From assembly GCA_039191905.1 (NCBI GenBank), contig JBCCXJ010000003.1, positions 139,754-203,753 on the forward strand: 64,000 nucleotides of DNA. Reading direction: 5' to 3'. This document shows positions 10,658 through 21,071 of the stretch, one piece after another (the first letter of the stretch is position 1; the number at the start of each line of letters is the position of its first letter). The stretch comes from Bacteroidota bacterium. GTDB lineage: Bacteria > Bacteroidota > Bacteroidia > Flavobacteriales > Flavobacteriaceae. A model generated the notes under the pieces. That model ran no database searches. It was not told the DNA's origin and saw nothing but the letters and a program-made list of their open reading frames with translations. The position numbers and the translations under genes were made by a program.

Positions 10658-13600
10658 TTATTTTGCGGTTCTAATGTTTTCTACTCCTATTTCCTGGAGT
10701 GCTTTGTTCACTTTTGCTCCATCTTTTTTCAAAACAGTGCTGAGATTGTTCAATTCAATTTCCAGCTCAGCAGAAAGCTCTTGAAATACTTTGTAAGCAC
10801 CATCCGTTGGCTTGGCATCACCGTTTTCAACACTTCGCCTTAAGGAGGCCAACCTATTGTTCAATTTGATAGGGAAATTCAAAGGGTCCTGTCCTGATTG
10901 ATTTCTCACTTGATACAGGTTCTCTTCAATGGCACTAATTTTACTTAGGAAAGGGGTGATGGTCCTTTTCATAGCACTACTGGAAAGTTTATCTTCATGT
11001 TCTTTCAATAGTTTCTTTATCTCTCTAATATGAATTACCGCTTCATTGGCCGTACTTGTTTTCTGCATAATGTTATTTGCCAATTGGAACTGCTCGTCTA
11101 AATCTTCCTTGGTAATTCCTTTTAAGTTTGGATTCATATGAATCGAGAAAGGATAGGTCTTTTCATAATCTCCTGATTTGATTTTCACTTTGTAATCTCC
11201 GATGGGCGCTTTTGGACCTCTGGTTGGTCTTGCGCTCCAAATAATCATTCCCTCAAAATCGGTTGCCCCAGAATAGCGTAAATCCCAAGTGAATTTATTT
11301 AACCCTTTTGCTGTAGTAGGTTTTGAAGAGCCACCTCTTCTCCACCAAGGGATGTTTTTGTCCACTTTGTATTTGGGTTTGCTTCCCGTAAAAGTGTCTA
11401 TAAGATTGTTGTTGACATCGAGAATTTCAAAGGTGATTGTGTCCAGTTGTTCTTTTAGATAATACTGTACCGAAGCTTCTGAAATACCGCGAACCGCATC
11501 ATTGGGTTCAAAAAGCACAACGGATTGATTGAGTAGCTCAGGATTGAATTGTCGTAACGGCTGAATATCGTCCAGTATCCAGAAGCCACGCCCATGGGAA
11601 CCCAAAACCACATCGTTGTCTTTGATTACCAAATCTCGGATAGGCGTATCTGGCAGATTGAGTTGGAGGCTTTCCCAAGTATTTCCGTCGTCCAATGAAA
11701 AATATACACCGTGTTCTGTCGCTAAGAATAGAAGCCCCTTCCGTACGTGGTCTTCTCGAATAGCTCGAGCAAAATGACCATCCTCAATTCCATTGATGAT
11801 TTTCGTCCATGTTTTACCATAATCATGTGTTTTGAATACATACGGCTGCCTATCATCTACTTGGTAGCGATTTGCAGCCACATATAGAGTACCTGGTCTA
11901 TGTTTTGATTCATCAATAATGCTTACCCGTGAGAATTTCGGTAAATCCGAAGGGGTGATATCATCCCAATTTTTACCTCCATCTCGGGTAATATGAATTT
12001 TTCCATCGTCGGAACCTGCCCAAATGGTGTTGATGTCATGAAACGAAGGAGCCAATGCAAAGACGGTAGCGTAAATCTCTGGACCATTCATATCCATGGT
12101 AATTACCCCGCCTGTTTTTCCCAAAGTACTTGGGTCGGCATAGGTCAAATCAGGACTTATTTTTTCCCAAGTTTGTCCATCATTTGTAGTTTTCCAAACG
12201 TGTTGGGAACAGGTATACATCACTTTGCTGTCTTGGGGAGCAAACATGATAGGGAAGGTCCATTGCCATCTTTCCGGTAGGGCTTCAGCAGGCTCGCCCG
12301 AAAAGAATCTAGGGTATACCTGAATATCACGAATTTGACCATTACTTCTATCGTATCTTGTCAGCAAGGCTCCTTGACTGCCGGCATAGAAAATGTCCAA
12401 ATTTTCAGGGTGTTGGGTAATCCATCCACTTTCTCCACCTCCTACGGCATAATACCAGCCTTTGTTGTGACCCCTGGCTTGCATATGGCCCCAACCATCA
12501 CTGGGCATGGCCAAAGTACTATTATCTTGTTGCGCTCCCGCTACATGATAGGGTACATCATTAGTTGCCATAACATGATAGAACTGTGTGGTCACGAAAT
12601 CTTGCTCTGTCCACGTTTTACCTCCGTTAATGGTCACATTCCCACCTCCATCATTAGCGTTAATCATGCGTTTTGGATTACTTGGGTCAATCCACAAATC
12701 GTGATTATCGCCATGGGGTGTTTGAATGATGGAATCGAATGTTTTCCCCCCATCTGTAGACATATACATTCGAGTATTCAGTCCATAAACCGTTTCTTTA
12801 TCCAAAGGGTCGGCATAAATTCTGGAATAGTAGAAGGCACGTTGACGTAGTTTACGTTCGTCATTGGTCTTTTCCCAGGTTTTACCAGCATCATCAGAAC
12901 GAAATACACCTCCTTCATTGGCCTCAACAATGGCCCACACTCGATTAGAATCAGCAGGAGAGACAGTTACTCCAATTTTTCCAATGGGGCCTTCAGGCAT
13001 CCCAGAATTTTGGGTGAGGTCAGTCCAAGTGTCGCCACCATCTGTAGATTTCCAAAGTTTGCTTTGGCCTCCGCCACCCCACATTTTCCAAGCCTTGCGA
13101 TACACTTGCCATGTTGTTGCGTATAAAATCTCGGGATTGTTTCTATCAATAATTAAATCGACTGCACCCGCTTTAGGTCCTACGTATAATACTTTTTCCC
13201 AATTTTCACCCCCATCTTTACTTCGGAATACACCTCGTTCTTCATTATCACCATAAGGATGCCCCAATGCGGCCACGTAGACCAAATCGGGATTTGCTGG
13301 ATGAATTCGGATACGGGCTACAGCTTGAGTTTCCTTTAGTCCTAAATGCTTCCAGGTTTTCCCTGCATCTTCAGATTTGTATACTCCATCTCCTTGTGTT
13401 ATACTGCCTCTTAACTGTACCTCTCCCATACCGATATAAACGACATCTGGATTGGTTTCTGCAACGGCAACGGCACCAACTGAGGAGCTAGTAACTTGCC
13501 CATCGGTTACAGGTTTCCACTCATTTCCACCATCTATGGTTTTCCACAATCCGCCACCGGTGGCACCAAAATAATATTCATTGGGACGGCTAGGGCTACC

Positions 13601-13768
13601 TGCGCAACCTAAGGAACGGCCTCCTCGTTTAGGACCAATATTTCGCCACTTCAACCCACTATAAAAATTGGATTCAATATTGGCGTTTTGAGCTGATTCT
13701 TGTGCGGAAGAATTGAAGAAACAAGAGAGTAATGCGCATACGAATGCGATAGGGTAGGATTTTTTCAT
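10658..13768 (-). CDS. VPS10/BNR (Asp-box) beta-propeller glycosyl-hydrolase-like protein
   Basis: Signal peptide, WRNIGP..GGR start, many S/TxDGGxTW Asp-boxes, C-terminal helical region. Confidence 0.85.
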   Translation of the reverse strand: MKKSYPIAFVCALLSCFFNSSAQESAQNANIESNFYSGLKWRNIGPKRGGRSLGCAGSPSRPNEYYFGATGGGLWKTIDGGNEWKPVTDGQVTSSSVGAVAVAETNPDVVYIGMGEVQLRGSITQGDGVYKSEDAGKTWKHLGLKETQAVARIRIHPANPDLVYVAALGHPYGDNEERGVFRSKDGGENWEKVLYVGPKAGAVDLIIDRNNPEILYATTWQVYRKAWKMWGGGGQSKLWKSTDGGDTWTDLTQNSGMPEGPIGKIGVTVSPADSNRVWAIVEANEGGVFRSDDAGKTWEKTNDERKLRQRAFYYSRIYADPLDKETVYGLNTRMYMSTDGGKTFDSIIQTPHGDNHDLWIDPSNPKRMINANDGGGNVTINGGKTWTEQDFVTTQFYHVMATNDVPYHVAGAQQDNSTLAMPSDGWGHMQARGHNKGWYYAVGGGESGWITQHPENLDIFYAGSQGALLTRYDRSNGQIRDIQVYPRFFSGEPAEALPERWQWTFPIMFAPQDSKVMYTCSQHVWKTTNDGQTWEKISPDLTYADPSTLGKTGGVITMDMNGPEIYATVFALAPSFHDINTIWAGSDDGKIHITRDGGKNWDDITPSDLPKFSRVSIIDESKHRPGTLYVAANRYQVDDRQPYVFKTHDYGKTWTKIINGIEDGHFARAIREDHVRKGLLFLATEHGVYFSLDDGNTWESLQLNLPDTPIRDLVIKDNDVVLGSHGRGFWILDDIQPLRQFNPELLNQSVVLFEPNDAVRGISEASVQYYLKEQLDTITFEILDVNNNLIDTFTGSKPKYKVDKNIPWWRRGGSSKPTTAKGLNKFTWDLRYSGATDFEGMIIWSARPTRGPKAPIGDYKVKIKSGDYEKTYPFSIHMNPNLKGITKEDLDEQFQLANNIMQKTSTANEAVIHIREIKKLLKEHEDKLSSSAMKRTITPFLSKISAIEENLYQVRNQSGQDPLNFPIKLNNRLASLRRSVENGDAKPTDGAYKVFQELSAELEIELNNLSTVLKKDGAKVNKALQEIGVENIRTAK

Positions 13769-13905
13769 TTGGAAGGTATTTTCGTTAGTCGTTTCGTAGC
13801 TTTTCCATCAAAAGCAAACACCTTAAAGATACTATAATCCGACGATTTTATTAATGGCTTTTATTCTAGAATCGAAACTGGTTTAGGAGGCGAATCGAAT
13901 CCAAA

Positions 13906-15642
13906 TCAATACCCTTGGGCTACTGCATCGCCGGTCCGCGTATTATCAGCTGCACCTTCATAAGAACCGTCAGGTCTTACCAAAATGGCCTCCGTTCTTC
14001 CTAATTGGTCTACTTCTCTGAATGAAGCATGCCCTAGTTCCTTTAATTTTGCTATCGTCAAACTATCCAAAGCTCCTTTTTCCATTACAATTACGTCGGG
14101 CAACCACTGCGAATGATGTTTTTTGGCATCAACCGCTTCTTGCATTGTCATACCATGATCAATGACATTGATAATGTTTTGATAATTGACATTTATAATG
14201 GTTGAACCTCCAGGAGTACCTAAAACCATGAACAGCTTACCATTTTTTTCTACTATAGTAGGGCTCATACTGCTTAGCATCCTCTTACCGGGGGCAATGG
14301 CATTGGCTTCACCACCTACAAGACCAAAAATATTTGGGAAACCAGGCTTTAGACTGAAATTATTCATCTCATTGTTTAAGAAAAAGCCAGCATTTTCTAC
14401 CAGTACTTTGCAGCCAAAATAACCCACTAAAGTAGTAGTGATGGAAACTGCATTTCCATCTTTATCCACAATAGAAAAATGGGTGGTTTCAAGGCTTTCG
14501 ATACCATCCACCTCACCTGCTTTAATTTCTGAGGAGAGCGTTGCCTTTTTCATATCAATAGAAGCATTCCTGGCAGTAATATATTCTTTGTCCAAAAGCA
14601 TTTCAACGGGCACATCATAAAAATCCAAATCACCCATATGTTCCGCTCGGTCTGCGTAGGCTCTACGCTGTAACTCAGTCATTACGTGAACCGTTTCAGG
14701 CGTGTTATGCCCCATTTTTTTGATATCATACGCATTGGAACCCTTTAAGAGTTGTACAATGATAATACCACCGCTTGACGAAGGTGGCATGGAGATGATA
14801 TTGAAAGAATCTCTATACACGCCTTCGATGGGTTCTCGCCAAACAGAACTGTAGTTTTCCAAGTCTTCCTTACTGATGATACCACCACCGGAATTTATTT
14901 CGTCTACTAGGAGTTGAGCCGTTTCTCCTTTGTAAAAACCGTCTCGGCCAAAATCTCTGATGCGTTCAAGGGTTTCTGCTAGATTTTTTTGAATCAAAGA
15001 ATCACCTTGAATCCAAGGGTTGCTCTTGATAAACAACATCGTGGAATCATTAACGGCGCGAAAATCTTGTTGTGCTCGATTAAAAGTCCAAGCATCATAT
15101 TCCGAAATGGCAAATCCGGTTTTCGCTACATTAATTGCAGGTTGAATTAAGGTGTCAAAGGGTAGGGCACAGAATTTTTTATAGATTTTGTCCATACCAT
15201 CTACCGTTCCGGGGGTACAAGCAGCCAAATGTCCCAAAAGCGCCTTCTGTTTCATTACTGAATCGGTCTTCGTGTCAATAAACATATCTCTGCTTGCCGC
15301 TGCGGGTGCGGTTTCTCGAAAATCAAGTGCTCCCTTTTTGCCATCAGCTGTCCGATACACCATATAGCCTCCTCCTCCTAGGTTGCCTGCTTTAGGTAAA
15401 ACAACGGCCAATGCATATTTTACGGCCACTGCTGCATCGAAGGCATTACCTCCTTTCTGTAAAACATTCAACCCTATTTCTGTGGCTATTGGATGAGCAG
15501 TAACTACCATTCCATTGGCAGCGACAGCCCCTTCATTGGGCTGTTTTTGTAAAGTAACCGTTCTTAGTTCTTCGGATGTATTTGTTTTGCATTGCCAAAG
15601 AATACATACAATAAGTGGAAGGAGTAAGTGTATCTTTTTCAT
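13906..15642 (-). CDS. ggt: Gamma-glutamyltransferase-family Ntn hydrolase (lipoprotein) with variant substrate pocket
   Basis: GGNAFDAA, DFRE, ETTHFS (catalytic Thr), MLSSMSP, GTPGG. Likely start ATG 15642 with lipoprotein-like signal (..LWQC). Confidence 0.9.
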   Translation of the reverse strand: MKKIHLLLPLIVCILWQCKTNTSEELRTVTLQKQPNEGAVAANGMVVTAHPIATEIGLNVLQKGGNAFDAAVAVKYALAVVLPKAGNLGGGGYMVYRTADGKKGALDFRETAPAAASRDMFIDTKTDSVMKQKALLGHLAACTPGTVDGMDKIYKKFCALPFDTLIQPAINVAKTGFAISEYDAWTFNRAQQDFRAVNDSTMLFIKSNPWIQGDSLIQKNLAETLERIRDFGRDGFYKGETAQLLVDEINSGGGIISKEDLENYSSVWREPIEGVYRDSFNIISMPPSSSGGIIIVQLLKGSNAYDIKKMGHNTPETVHVMTELQRRAYADRAEHMGDLDFYDVPVEMLLDKEYITARNASIDMKKATLSSEIKAGEVDGIESLETTHFSIVDKDGNAVSITTTLVGYFGCKVLVENAGFFLNNEMNNFSLKPGFPNIFGLVGGEANAIAPGKRMLSSMSPTIVEKNGKLFMVLGTPGGSTIINVNYQNIINVIDHGMTMQEAVDAKKHHSQWLPDVIVMEKGALDSLTIAKLKELGHASFREVDQLGRTEAILVRPDGSYEGAADNTRTGDAVAQGY

Positions 15643-15796
15643 TGTTCCCAATCTTATGAAATTCAACCGATTTGATGTCTAGGTTAAAAGTAACAAGAAT
15701 GTTCCAATGAACTAATGCCTTAAATGCTGGTAATCAAAGTTTCCATCAAAAATGACTCAGTACAATACATACAAGTATCGGAAGATAAAGTAAGGA

Positions 15797-16537
15797 TTAA
15801 TAGCCAGCTAATTTGATTATCTCTTCTGGTTGGAGTGTACTTAGTTCTACAATATTTTTATTGGATTTACTCATGGCTTTTCGAATCAAAAAATTACCAG
15901 TTCGATACCCTATATAGGTTCTCCCATCTGGATGCTCTCCCATAACCCAATCCGAATAGCTCGCGTCCAGGGGTAAATCTAAAATTTCGTTAACCCAAGT
16001 ATGGGCCTCTTCACTGAAACTATTGGCTTCAAAGATGGTTCCAGTATAGATTTCTGAAAACACAACAGCTAAGCCTTCGTTGACCATGGCATTTGAAATT
16101 CCAGGACCAAACTTATTGTCTTGAATAGCCCAACCCCTGGATAAATGATGAAATTCGTGAAATATAGTAGCTTTTAATCCGGCAAAAATTGAATCAATGG
16201 CTCCTTCCCTATACGTATTTGATATTTGAATCAGCACAAGAGGAGGAAAATTCTTTTCAGCCCTTCCAGTAACACCTCCAACCGCATCCAGGTTCCAATC
16301 CACATTTTCTACAATAACTTGTATACTGTCTGGTAGATTGGGTAATAGCTCCCGAATCTCTTCTTCAGAATTGTAAATAGTTTCTAGAATAAGGTCTTTT
16401 TGTGTTTCGGTAAAGTTGATATCATTTTCTTGGAAAACAACATCTGCATTCACGGAAGAAGGTTTATTTGAAAAAATTGTACAAGAAGACACAATCAGTA
16501 CTAAAATCAATACAGCCAGAATTCTTAGAGTTGTCAT
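15797..16537 (-). CDS. DUF2268-type putative Zn-dependent protease, lipoprotein
   Basis: Lipobox VSSC; HEFHH followed by NEGLA; GYRTG. Confidence 0.75.
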   Translation of the reverse strand: MTTLRILAVLILVLIVSSCTIFSNKPSSVNADVVFQENDINFTETQKDLILETIYNSEEEIRELLPNLPDSIQVIVENVDWNLDAVGGVTGRAEKNFPPLVLIQISNTYREGAIDSIFAGLKATIFHEFHHLSRGWAIQDNKFGPGISNAMVNEGLAVVFSEIYTGTIFEANSFSEEAHTWVNEILDLPLDASYSDWVMGEHPDGRTYIGYRTGNFLIRKAMSKSNKNIVELSTLQPEEIIKLAGY

Positions 16538-16555
16538 GGGATACTTTTAGTACGT

Positions 16556-16582
16556 AGACTCTAAAAAAAATAAAACGTTACA
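16556..16582 (-). promoter_or_regulatory. Putative ECF-sigma promoter TGTAAC-N17-GTCT
   Basis: Minus strand TGTAAC, 17 nt, GTCT, about 20 nt before the ATG. Same spacing at 32141 and 62401. Confidence 0.5.
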
Positions 16583-16688
16583 TGCACTCGTAGTATACTA
16601 TTCTCGACTTTTACGGACTATGAATTCGTTTTCTGTCAGAGAATAAAGTAACCAAAGCCTTCCATTAGAGCAAAGGCATTTGATGGTT

Positions 16689-17210
16689 TCAATCATACCT
16701 TATTTGGTCTTCCGAAAGTCGTTTATCGAGATTAATGGTTTTTCGGGTATCGTTGGCATTAATGGTTACAATATTAGCCTGTGAATCGAAATTGTCTATA
16801 AGGAAACTATTGTGCACCTTAATTTTCATAATTTCAGATACATTGTACCCTTCCAATTCACATATAATCACATGGTCCTCTAAAATTTCTGCACTTTCTA
16901 CTTTCAGACTAATGAAATCTAAAGGAATTGGGGTTTCGTTTATTGAAATAGAAAACCTGGAACATATATAGTCCTCCACATAAGATTGAGCATTGGCAAT
17001 TGGAGTATTCTTCCATAAGCCAAGTCGAATCCCTTTTTCTTGAAATATGGATTCTTCAAAGTCGTTCACGAAAATTTTAACTCGAATAGATAGCTTCTCC
17101 GCTTCCTGATGGTGTTTAATGGTTGTAATGCTGATGTAAAACTCATGGGCATTTAGAAAAACTGGGAAAAAACCAATCAGAAATAGCGTTAAAGCGACCT
17201 TTTTCCTCAT
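16689..17210 (-). CDS. DUF6702-family secreted protein
   Basis: Signal peptide then AHEFYISIT; IFVNDFE; QANIV. Confidence 0.75.
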   Translation of the reverse strand: MRKKVALTLFLIGFFPVFLNAHEFYISITTIKHHQEAEKLSIRVKIFVNDFEESIFQEKGIRLGLWKNTPIANAQSYVEDYICSRFSISINETPIPLDFISLKVESAEILEDHVIICELEGYNVSEIMKIKVHNSFLIDNFDSQANIVTINANDTRKTINLDKRLSEDQIRYD

Positions 17211-17223
17211 TTTCTATGGGAGT

Positions 17224-18645
17224 CTATAGGCCATACTTATCTATCAAATATATTAACCCTGCTATAGAGGCTGTACCCAACTCAAGCTCACGCGGATGTA
17301 CTGTGGAGAAAACATCGGCCGGCGAATGATGAACATCAAATGCACGCTGCGAGTCTACTATAAATCCGATTGTAGGTGTACCGAGTGTATTGTGCAAAGG
17401 TCCAATATCAACCCCGCCGCCACCTTTTTTAATATAACCAATGGTGTTCTGGTCAAAATGAGGTAACCACGTTCTGAATTTTTCTATGGTAGCGTCTTCT
17501 GCAGTTACCCCAAAACCTCTGGGAGCGTATGCACCACCGTCACTTTCAAGGGCAATGAGGTGATTTTCATTGTTCTTTTCAGCGAGTTCTGCATATTTTA
17601 AACCACCCCGGGTTCCGTTTTCTTCGTTCATGAACATCACTGCACGTATGGTACGTTTAGGCTTTATTCCCAATTTTTGAAATAACCGAAGTACTTGGAT
17701 GGATTGCATGCATCCCGAACCATCATCATGTGCACCATGTCCCACATCCCAGGAGTCTAAATGCCCTCCGATAGTGATGATTTCATCTGGAAATTCTGTT
17801 CCAGTGAGTTCTCCAATCACATTGTGGGAAGGGACATCTTCCATGGTTTGACAATTCATCTTCAAGAAAAGCTTCGTATTAGGGTCTTGCTTTAATGCTT
17901 CGGTTAAGCGATCAGCGGATTGGATACCCAACGCTGCTGCAGGTATTTTTGGAATGCTATCTTTATAATGCGTTACACCTGTGTGTGGGACGTCGTCAAA
18001 GGCAGTCCCAACGGACCGAATCACAACTCCTACTGCTCCATATTTTGCGGCCATTGCAGGACCAGCAACACGTTGGTCAACGGCACCTCCATAAGCTGGG
18101 CCTGTTGCTATTTGACGTTGGTCGGTAGGACGATTGTAAAAAACGATTTTACCTTCGATGTTTTCCCGCCCCATGGATTCAACTTCATCCAGTCCTTGGA
18201 CTTCGATGACTTCTGCCGTTAATCCTTCCTCAGGAGTTGCTACAGACATCCCAAGGGCTAAAACGGATAAATCTCCTTTTGAGCCCACAATTCTCGCTAT
18301 TTCTTTATCTCCTCGTTTCCAATTTGGGACAAAAAGGTCTTGTTTGTATACTTTGTCAAACCCGTAATCGGTCATTATTTTTTCTGTCCAATCCACCGCT
18401 TTAGCAGCACCTTCAGAACCACTTAATCGATGGCTAATAGTATTGCATAGGTAATCGAGCAATTGGTAGGTTTCCCTTGTGGTAAGCGCCTCATCAAAAA
18501 ACTGTTTTATAATCTTAGTGTCTTCCTCATTCAATTCGGGTTCTTGAACTATTTGCTTATCCTCCCTGGGTTTTGGTTGACAACTGGATAGAACGAAACA
18601 AGCAACAAAAAGGATTGTGAAAATACTTTTGCTAAGGTTTTTCAT
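17224..18645 (-). CDS. M28 metallopeptidase (carboxypeptidase Q-like) with PA domain, lipoprotein
   Basis: RLSGS, GGHLDSWD, GAHDD, NEENG, ESD, HHS motifs; lipobox LSSC. Confidence 0.9.
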   Translation of the reverse strand: MKNLSKSIFTILFVACFVLSSCQPKPREDKQIVQEPELNEEDTKIIKQFFDEALTTRETYQLLDYLCNTISHRLSGSEGAAKAVDWTEKIMTDYGFDKVYKQDLFVPNWKRGDKEIARIVGSKGDLSVLALGMSVATPEEGLTAEVIEVQGLDEVESMGRENIEGKIVFYNRPTDQRQIATGPAYGGAVDQRVAGPAMAAKYGAVGVVIRSVGTAFDDVPHTGVTHYKDSIPKIPAAALGIQSADRLTEALKQDPNTKLFLKMNCQTMEDVPSHNVIGELTGTEFPDEIITIGGHLDSWDVGHGAHDDGSGCMQSIQVLRLFQKLGIKPKRTIRAVMFMNEENGTRGGLKYAELAEKNNENHLIALESDGGAYAPRGFGVTAEDATIEKFRTWLPHFDQNTIGYIKKGGGGVDIGPLHNTLGTPTIGFIVDSQRAFDVHHSPADVFSTVHPRELELGTASIAGLIYLIDKYGL

Positions 18646-18811
18646 AGATGTGTAATTTGATTTAGCTACAATTGTATAGACCGGAATTTACAAAATAAGA
18701 TGTTCAAATGACAATTCCATGTTTCGGCAGGTCAATTGATAGTAATGGTTCTATTTAGAAGAAGTAATTTGTTCAGACAAACAAATCACTATCGTTTGTA
18801 TTTTATTGATT

Positions 18812-19660
18812 TTAGTTTTTAGTGAGGTCCAATTCCATTTCAAATTGTTCCAGATAATTTTCAAGGCCTATTGAATTTAAAAAATTAATCATGTTTTTTG
18901 CCTTCTTATCTACATTGATAACAGAAAGAGTGTTTCCATATTCTTTTGCCAGATTAGATATCAAAGTTGAAGCTATTCCTTTTTTTCGAAAATCTTTGTC
19001 CACAGCTATTTGTTGTATTCTTTGGTTTTGGGGATTGTATATAAGATAACCCAATAATTGATTGTTGAGATATGCTCCAAAAGAAGCATTTAAGGTTCTC
19101 AATGTATTCATTACGTTTTTTGAGTTTTGCCACGTAGGGTTTATATCCCAAAACGATTCCATTGTCTTCCATGGATAAGCTAGAAGTGGTTTTATTTCTA
19201 AATTCTTGTTGGTCCTATTGGGTTTAAAACTTCCCTTGAAACAAGCTAATTCCCTGGTCTTGGTAAAGCCGGATTTTTTATAAGATTTAATGGCTTGAAT
19301 ATTTTGGGAGATAACCTCTAGGACAATTTTATCAACCCCCTTTTTTTCCAGAACTGGTAAACTGAAAAGGTACATTCGTTTGGTCAATCCATTACCCCTT
19401 TTAGAGGGGATGACACCAGTTCCTCCATTATAAACTACTTTTTTATTTTTAATAGTATCCCAACCATGAAGAATAAAGGCAATCAGTTTTTGATTGTCAA
19501 AAACCCCAACCGACAATTCTAGGTCAGTATAGTCTGCCATCATTTTTGATTTTAACAGCTCTTCTGTCAATTGAAAAGGAACAAGATAGTCGCAAAAGGA
19601 TTCGTTAAAGACATTCAAAACATCTTTATGGCCTATTCCTACTAAACTCTTAATCTCCAT
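18812..19660 (-). CDS. Tandem GNAT acetyltransferase
   Basis: Two acetyl-CoA motifs (KRGNGL, FRKKGIA); YNGGTGV. Confidence 0.85.
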   Translation of the reverse strand: MEIKSLVGIGHKDVLNVFNESFCDYLVPFQLTEELLKSKMMADYTDLELSVGVFDNQKLIAFILHGWDTIKNKKVVYNGGTGVIPSKRGNGLTKRMYLFSLPVLEKKGVDKIVLEVISQNIQAIKSYKKSGFTKTRELACFKGSFKPNRTNKNLEIKPLLAYPWKTMESFWDINPTWQNSKNVMNTLRTLNASFGAYLNNQLLGYLIYNPQNQRIQQIAVDKDFRKKGIASTLISNLAKEYGNTLSVINVDKKAKNMINFLNSIGLENYLEQFEMELDLTKN

Positions 19661-19828
19661 TTGTCTTTGTTAATTTGAAAGTAATGGTTTTGGCTTAGAT
19701 TTATGCAATACCAGGAAATTGCAATGAACTATAGTCTTCGTTAGCAACCGTTTTTATATATCTCGTAAATCATTTCAAGCATTCTATCCTTAGAGACGGT
19801 TACTTTTTTTAATGGAACACTGATGCTA

Positions 19829-20956
19829 TCAATCGGTATTAATCTTATTGTATTTTCTTAAAATTTGAAGAACTTTTTCCGTTGGAATTGAGCGTATCGT
19901 ATGCCCCTCCCTTCCGGTCATCGTCTCTGCCGCAAACAATGAATTTAAGATGGCCTCTTCCGTGGCTTCTATGGCCGCTAAAAACAAGGGCGTTGTGGCA
20001 CTATTTCTCAACATCTTGGTTTCATTAAATAGAGAATCGCTTGAATAGGGGATGCGATTTTCTTTTGCCGTAGATATTGCAATGACGTAATCCCCGCTTC
20101 CATTTGATGCAATCCCACCGGTTTTGGCTAATCCCATGATGGTTCTTTTGGCCAATCTTTCCAGGTTTCTTGCGTCCAGTGGGGCGTCCGTCATGACCAC
20201 AATCATACAAGACCCATCCACATCATATTTAAATTGTGATGGGTAGTTGTCTAGTTCTTTGGCTATAGGGGCTCCATTAATTTCAAGCACGCCCCCAAAA
20301 TTGGATTGAATCAAAACTCCAACCGTAAATCCGCCAAACTTTTCCGGAAGTATACGGGAAGATGTGCCAATTCCTCCTTTGTACTGAAAGCAAATAGTTC
20401 CTGTTCCAGCGCCAACATTACCCTCTTCTACCACGCCTCCGTGAGCATTTTCTATGGCATTTAATACGTGTTCGGATGTAATGTGCCTTCCCCTAATATC
20501 ATTTAACCACCCATCGTTGGTTTCTCCCACTACAGCATTTACTGAACGAACATTTTCATTAGCGTCCAAAGTGTAAGTAATCAATGCATTAGAAGCTACC
20601 GGAACGCTCAAGGTATTTGTCAAGATAATAGGGGTTTCAATATTTCCTAATTCTTTTACTTGAGTATATCCGGCCAATTTCCCAAAACCATTGCCAATGT
20701 AGATAGCTGCGGGGACCTTAAATTGAAAAATGTTATCAGAATGGGGGAGTATGGCGGTTACTCCCGTTCGTATACTATCACCTTCCATCAACGTGGTATG
20801 CCCTACTTTAACCCGATCAACATCTGTAATGGCATTGTACTTTCCAGGTTGTAATACGCCAATCTCAACACCATAATCTCGTAGTCTTTTGTTTTGGGAA
20901 AAAGAAGACAGGCTGCTCAGTATAAAGAGTGCCAAGAAAATTCTAGCTGCAAACAT
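19829..20956 (-). CDS. DmpA/P1-family (S58) aminopeptidase
   Basis: NAITDV, GNGFGK, ETNDG, GAGTG, KGGIG, DG/S autocleavage site, NGSGD. Confidence 0.9.
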   Translation of the reverse strand: MFAARIFLALFILSSLSSFSQNKRLRDYGVEIGVLQPGKYNAITDVDRVKVGHTTLMEGDSIRTGVTAILPHSDNIFQFKVPAAIYIGNGFGKLAGYTQVKELGNIETPIILTNTLSVPVASNALITYTLDANENVRSVNAVVGETNDGWLNDIRGRHITSEHVLNAIENAHGGVVEEGNVGAGTGTICFQYKGGIGTSSRILPEKFGGFTVGVLIQSNFGGVLEINGAPIAKELDNYPSQFKYDVDGSCMIVVMTDAPLDARNLERLAKRTIMGLAKTGGIASNGSGDYVIAISTAKENRIPYSSDSLFNETKMLRNSATTPLFLAAIEATEEAILNSLFAAETMTGREGHTIRSIPTEKVLQILRKYNKINTD

Positions 20957-21071
20957 TTAGATGGTTTTGTTTGCTGAAGTTAGAAAAATTGTGATTATTA
21001 ATTCCTCATGAGGAATTTTTTACATAACCCAACATGGCTTATCAAAAATACTTAGAGCAAAAAACAAGATG

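Noticed and set aside
11700-13600. Repeated motifs in the VPS10/BNR gene
   Set aside because: These are protein-level Asp-box repeats, not DNA repeats or a CRISPR array.
8586-20956. Long run of co-directional, unrelated single genes resembling an integron cassette array
   Set aside because: No repeated attC-like palindromes between genes and no integrase; several genes have their own promoter-like motifs.
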